Positions 62,015 to 64,000 of a stretch of DNA of 64,000 nt are shown piece by piece (positions within the stretch are counted from its first letter, which is position 1; every line of letters starts with the position of its first letter). Position numbers and translations under genes: made by a program. The notes under the pieces are model-generated. The model worked only from the letters and a program-made list of their open reading frames with translations. It ran no database searches and had not been told where the DNA came from. This DNA comes from Malacoraja senta (lineage: Eukaryota): positions 868,001-932,000 of the forward strand of contig JAXLNO010000446.1 in assembly GCA_038087875.1 (NCBI GenBank), given 5' to 3'.

Positions 62015-62818
62015 TCACGGTGGCTCAGCGGTAGAGTTGCTGCCTCACAGCTCCACAGACATGGGTTCCACCCCGACTACGGGTGCTGTCTGTACGGACT
62101 TTGTATGTTCTCCCCGTGACCTGCGTGCTCCGGTTTCCTCCCACACTCTAAGGACGTAGAGATCTGTAGGTTAATTGGCTTCTGTAAATTGTAAAGTGTA
62201 AATTGTCCCTAGTGTGTGTAGGATAGTGCTAGTGTGCGGGGATCGCTGGTCAGTAGACAATAGGTGCAGGAGTAGGCCATTTGGCCCTTTGAGCCAGCGC
62301 CGCCATTCAATGTGATCCTAGCTGATCATCCCCAATCAGTACCCCGTTCCTGCCTTCTCCCCACATCCCCTGATTCTGCTATTTTTAAGAGCCCTATCTA
62401 GCTCTCTCTTGAAAGCATCCAGAGAACCTGCCTCCACCGCCCTCTGAGGCAGAGACTCGCCACTCTCTGTGAGAAAAAGTGTTTCCTCATCTCCGTTCTA
62501 AATAGCTTACCCCTTATTCTTAAACTGTGGCCGCTGGTTCTGGACTCCCCCAACATCGGGAACATGTTTCCTGCCTCTAGTGTGTCCAAACCCTTAACAA
62601 TCTTATATGTTTCAAAGAGATTCCCTCTCATCCTTCTAAACTCCAGAGTGTACAAGCCCAGCCACTCCATTCTCTCAGCATATGACAGTCCCGCCATCCC
62701 GGGAATTAACCTTATAAATCTACGCAGCACTCCCTCAATAGCATGAATGGTCGACGCAGACCCGATGTGCTGAAGGGCCTGTTTCCGCGCTGTATCACTA
62801 AACTATGCTAAACTAAAC
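62015..62818 (+). mobile_element. V-SINE split by an antisense CR1 3' fragment (about 62255-62742)
   Basis: SINE body ends GATCGCTGGTC. The CR1 minus-strand peptide RLIPGMAGLSY..GLYTLEFRRMRG follows, and the SINE tail resumes TGGTCGACGCAGAC..GAAGGGCCTG. Confidence 0.85.
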
Positions 62819-63678
62819 CGCATAAGAAAATAATAATCTTATAATTGTAGCCCCAGCTTCCACACGCTCTCTGCCTTTCACATTCAAAGATTCCGTCCAC
62901 GTAAAGCCACAATTTGCCCAGTCTAATTTAGGAGTTCTTTATCTTCTACAAGGAATAAACAACACAGGGGGAATTGCATTAAGAACACATCAAACAATAA
63001 ATATGACTTAAAAATTATAGATTGTAAAGACCGAGCGCAGAAATATTAATTCAAACCATTAATGCTCTACATTAGTGAAGTAGCAACCAGCATGCTTTCT
63101 TACATCAAATAGTTATTAATTATCTTTAATATTGAGGAGCTGTTGCAGGCTGTATTCTAGCTTGCCGCTGCAGCCTGCATGAGAAGAACTCAGCAATTCC
63201 TCAGCTGCACCTTGTATGTTATTTGTTAAACAAATATATTTTTATATTCCTGCTGATTAAATGCGCTTCATGAACATTAAATCTTGCAAATAAGTGACTG
63301 GAAAATATGTTGAGCGCATTTCCATTTGACAGTGAGAGAAAAGCAGTTAGTTTTTCTAATGGGAATGAAAGTCGTTTTTGCTTCAGATATATTATTCTGA
63401 TCTTTAAGCTCTGAATTATTTGACGACTGTTCTATGCGCCATCATTAAAATTTGACCAGCTGCCTCTCTATGCATGGTAATGCATCCGTGAAATAATGCT
63501 GGCAGCTGATTAGTTTGTTTTGTATTCACACTCGGGTGAAGTTGGATTCATAACTTCAGCAACTTGCAACTGTTGGATCTTTGAGAAGGAAAAACGCTGT
63601 TTTTAACTAATGCAAACTAACGAAGAGATGGATGTTGAAGCAAAGAGGACGATGAACGATCAAGAAAATTGTCCGAGA

Positions 63679-63899
63679 AAGAACTGCAGATGCTGGAAAA
63701 ATCGAAGGTAGACAAAAATGCTGGAGAAACTCAGCGGGTGAGGCAGTCTGAAGAAGGGTCTTGACCCGAAACGTCGCCTATTCCTTCGCTCCATTGATGC
63801 TTCAGTCTGAAGAAGGGTCTCGCACCGAAACGTCGCCTATTCCTTCGCTCCATAGATGCTGCATCACCCGCCGAGTTTCTCCAGCATTTCTGTCTACCT
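63679..63899. mobile_element. Short PLE-terminal insertion with inverted ends and two tandem hammerhead-like cores, flanked by a 17-bp direct repeat
   Basis: AAGAAAATTGTCC(G/A)AGA at 63662-63678 and 63900-63916. Cores CTGAAGA..GAAACGTC at 63748-63775 and 63807-63834. Confidence 0.7.
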
Positions 63900-63924
63900 A
63901 AGAAAATTGTCCAAGAGTGTGGTG

Positions 63925-64000
63925 GCCGGTGGTGCAGCGGGTAGAGCTGCTGCCTCACAGCTCCAGAGACCCGGGTTCCAACCTGACTACGGGTGCTGTC
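63925..64000 (+). mobile_element. V-SINE head, truncated by the window end
   Basis: GGTGGTGCAGCGGGTAGAGCTGCTGCCTCACAG..GGTTCCAACCTGACTACGGG. Confidence 0.8.

Overview
Eukaryotic, repeat-saturated, probably intronic or intergenic DNA. The repeat families point to a cartilaginous fish (inference): V-SINE/HE1-type tRNA SINEs, several CR1 subfamilies, L2, Rex/Babar, and Penelope-like elements (PLEs) with hammerhead-like ends. I recognise no host protein-coding gene. All long ORFs come from either a 7-mer satellite (1-7.3 kb) or decayed retroelements. The main contents are: (1) a TTCCATG/TTCTACG satellite with 2.2-2.5 kb higher-order duplications; (2) a near full-length but dead CR1 LINE (ORF1 zinc finger/esterase, ORF2 endonuclease/RT) inserted into the RT gene of an antisense L2; (3) a cleanly bounded 1.34 kb non-autonomous Helitron carrying a GC-box/TATA/Inr/YY1 promoter cassette and a splice donor; (4) PLE remnants with minimal hammerhead-ribozyme-like cores, plus a recurrent module of 66-bp tandem units and a hairpin; (5) a GC-rich ~0.8-0.9 kb non-autonomous retroelement family with a covarying 3' hairpin and different LINE-type tails; (6) four MITEs sharing AGGGCCTGTCCCACTT ends; (7) a local inverted duplication; (8) two 200-N assembly gaps. 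Repeat boundaries are approximate unless junction sequences are quoted. Family assignments come from motif recognition, not database searches.
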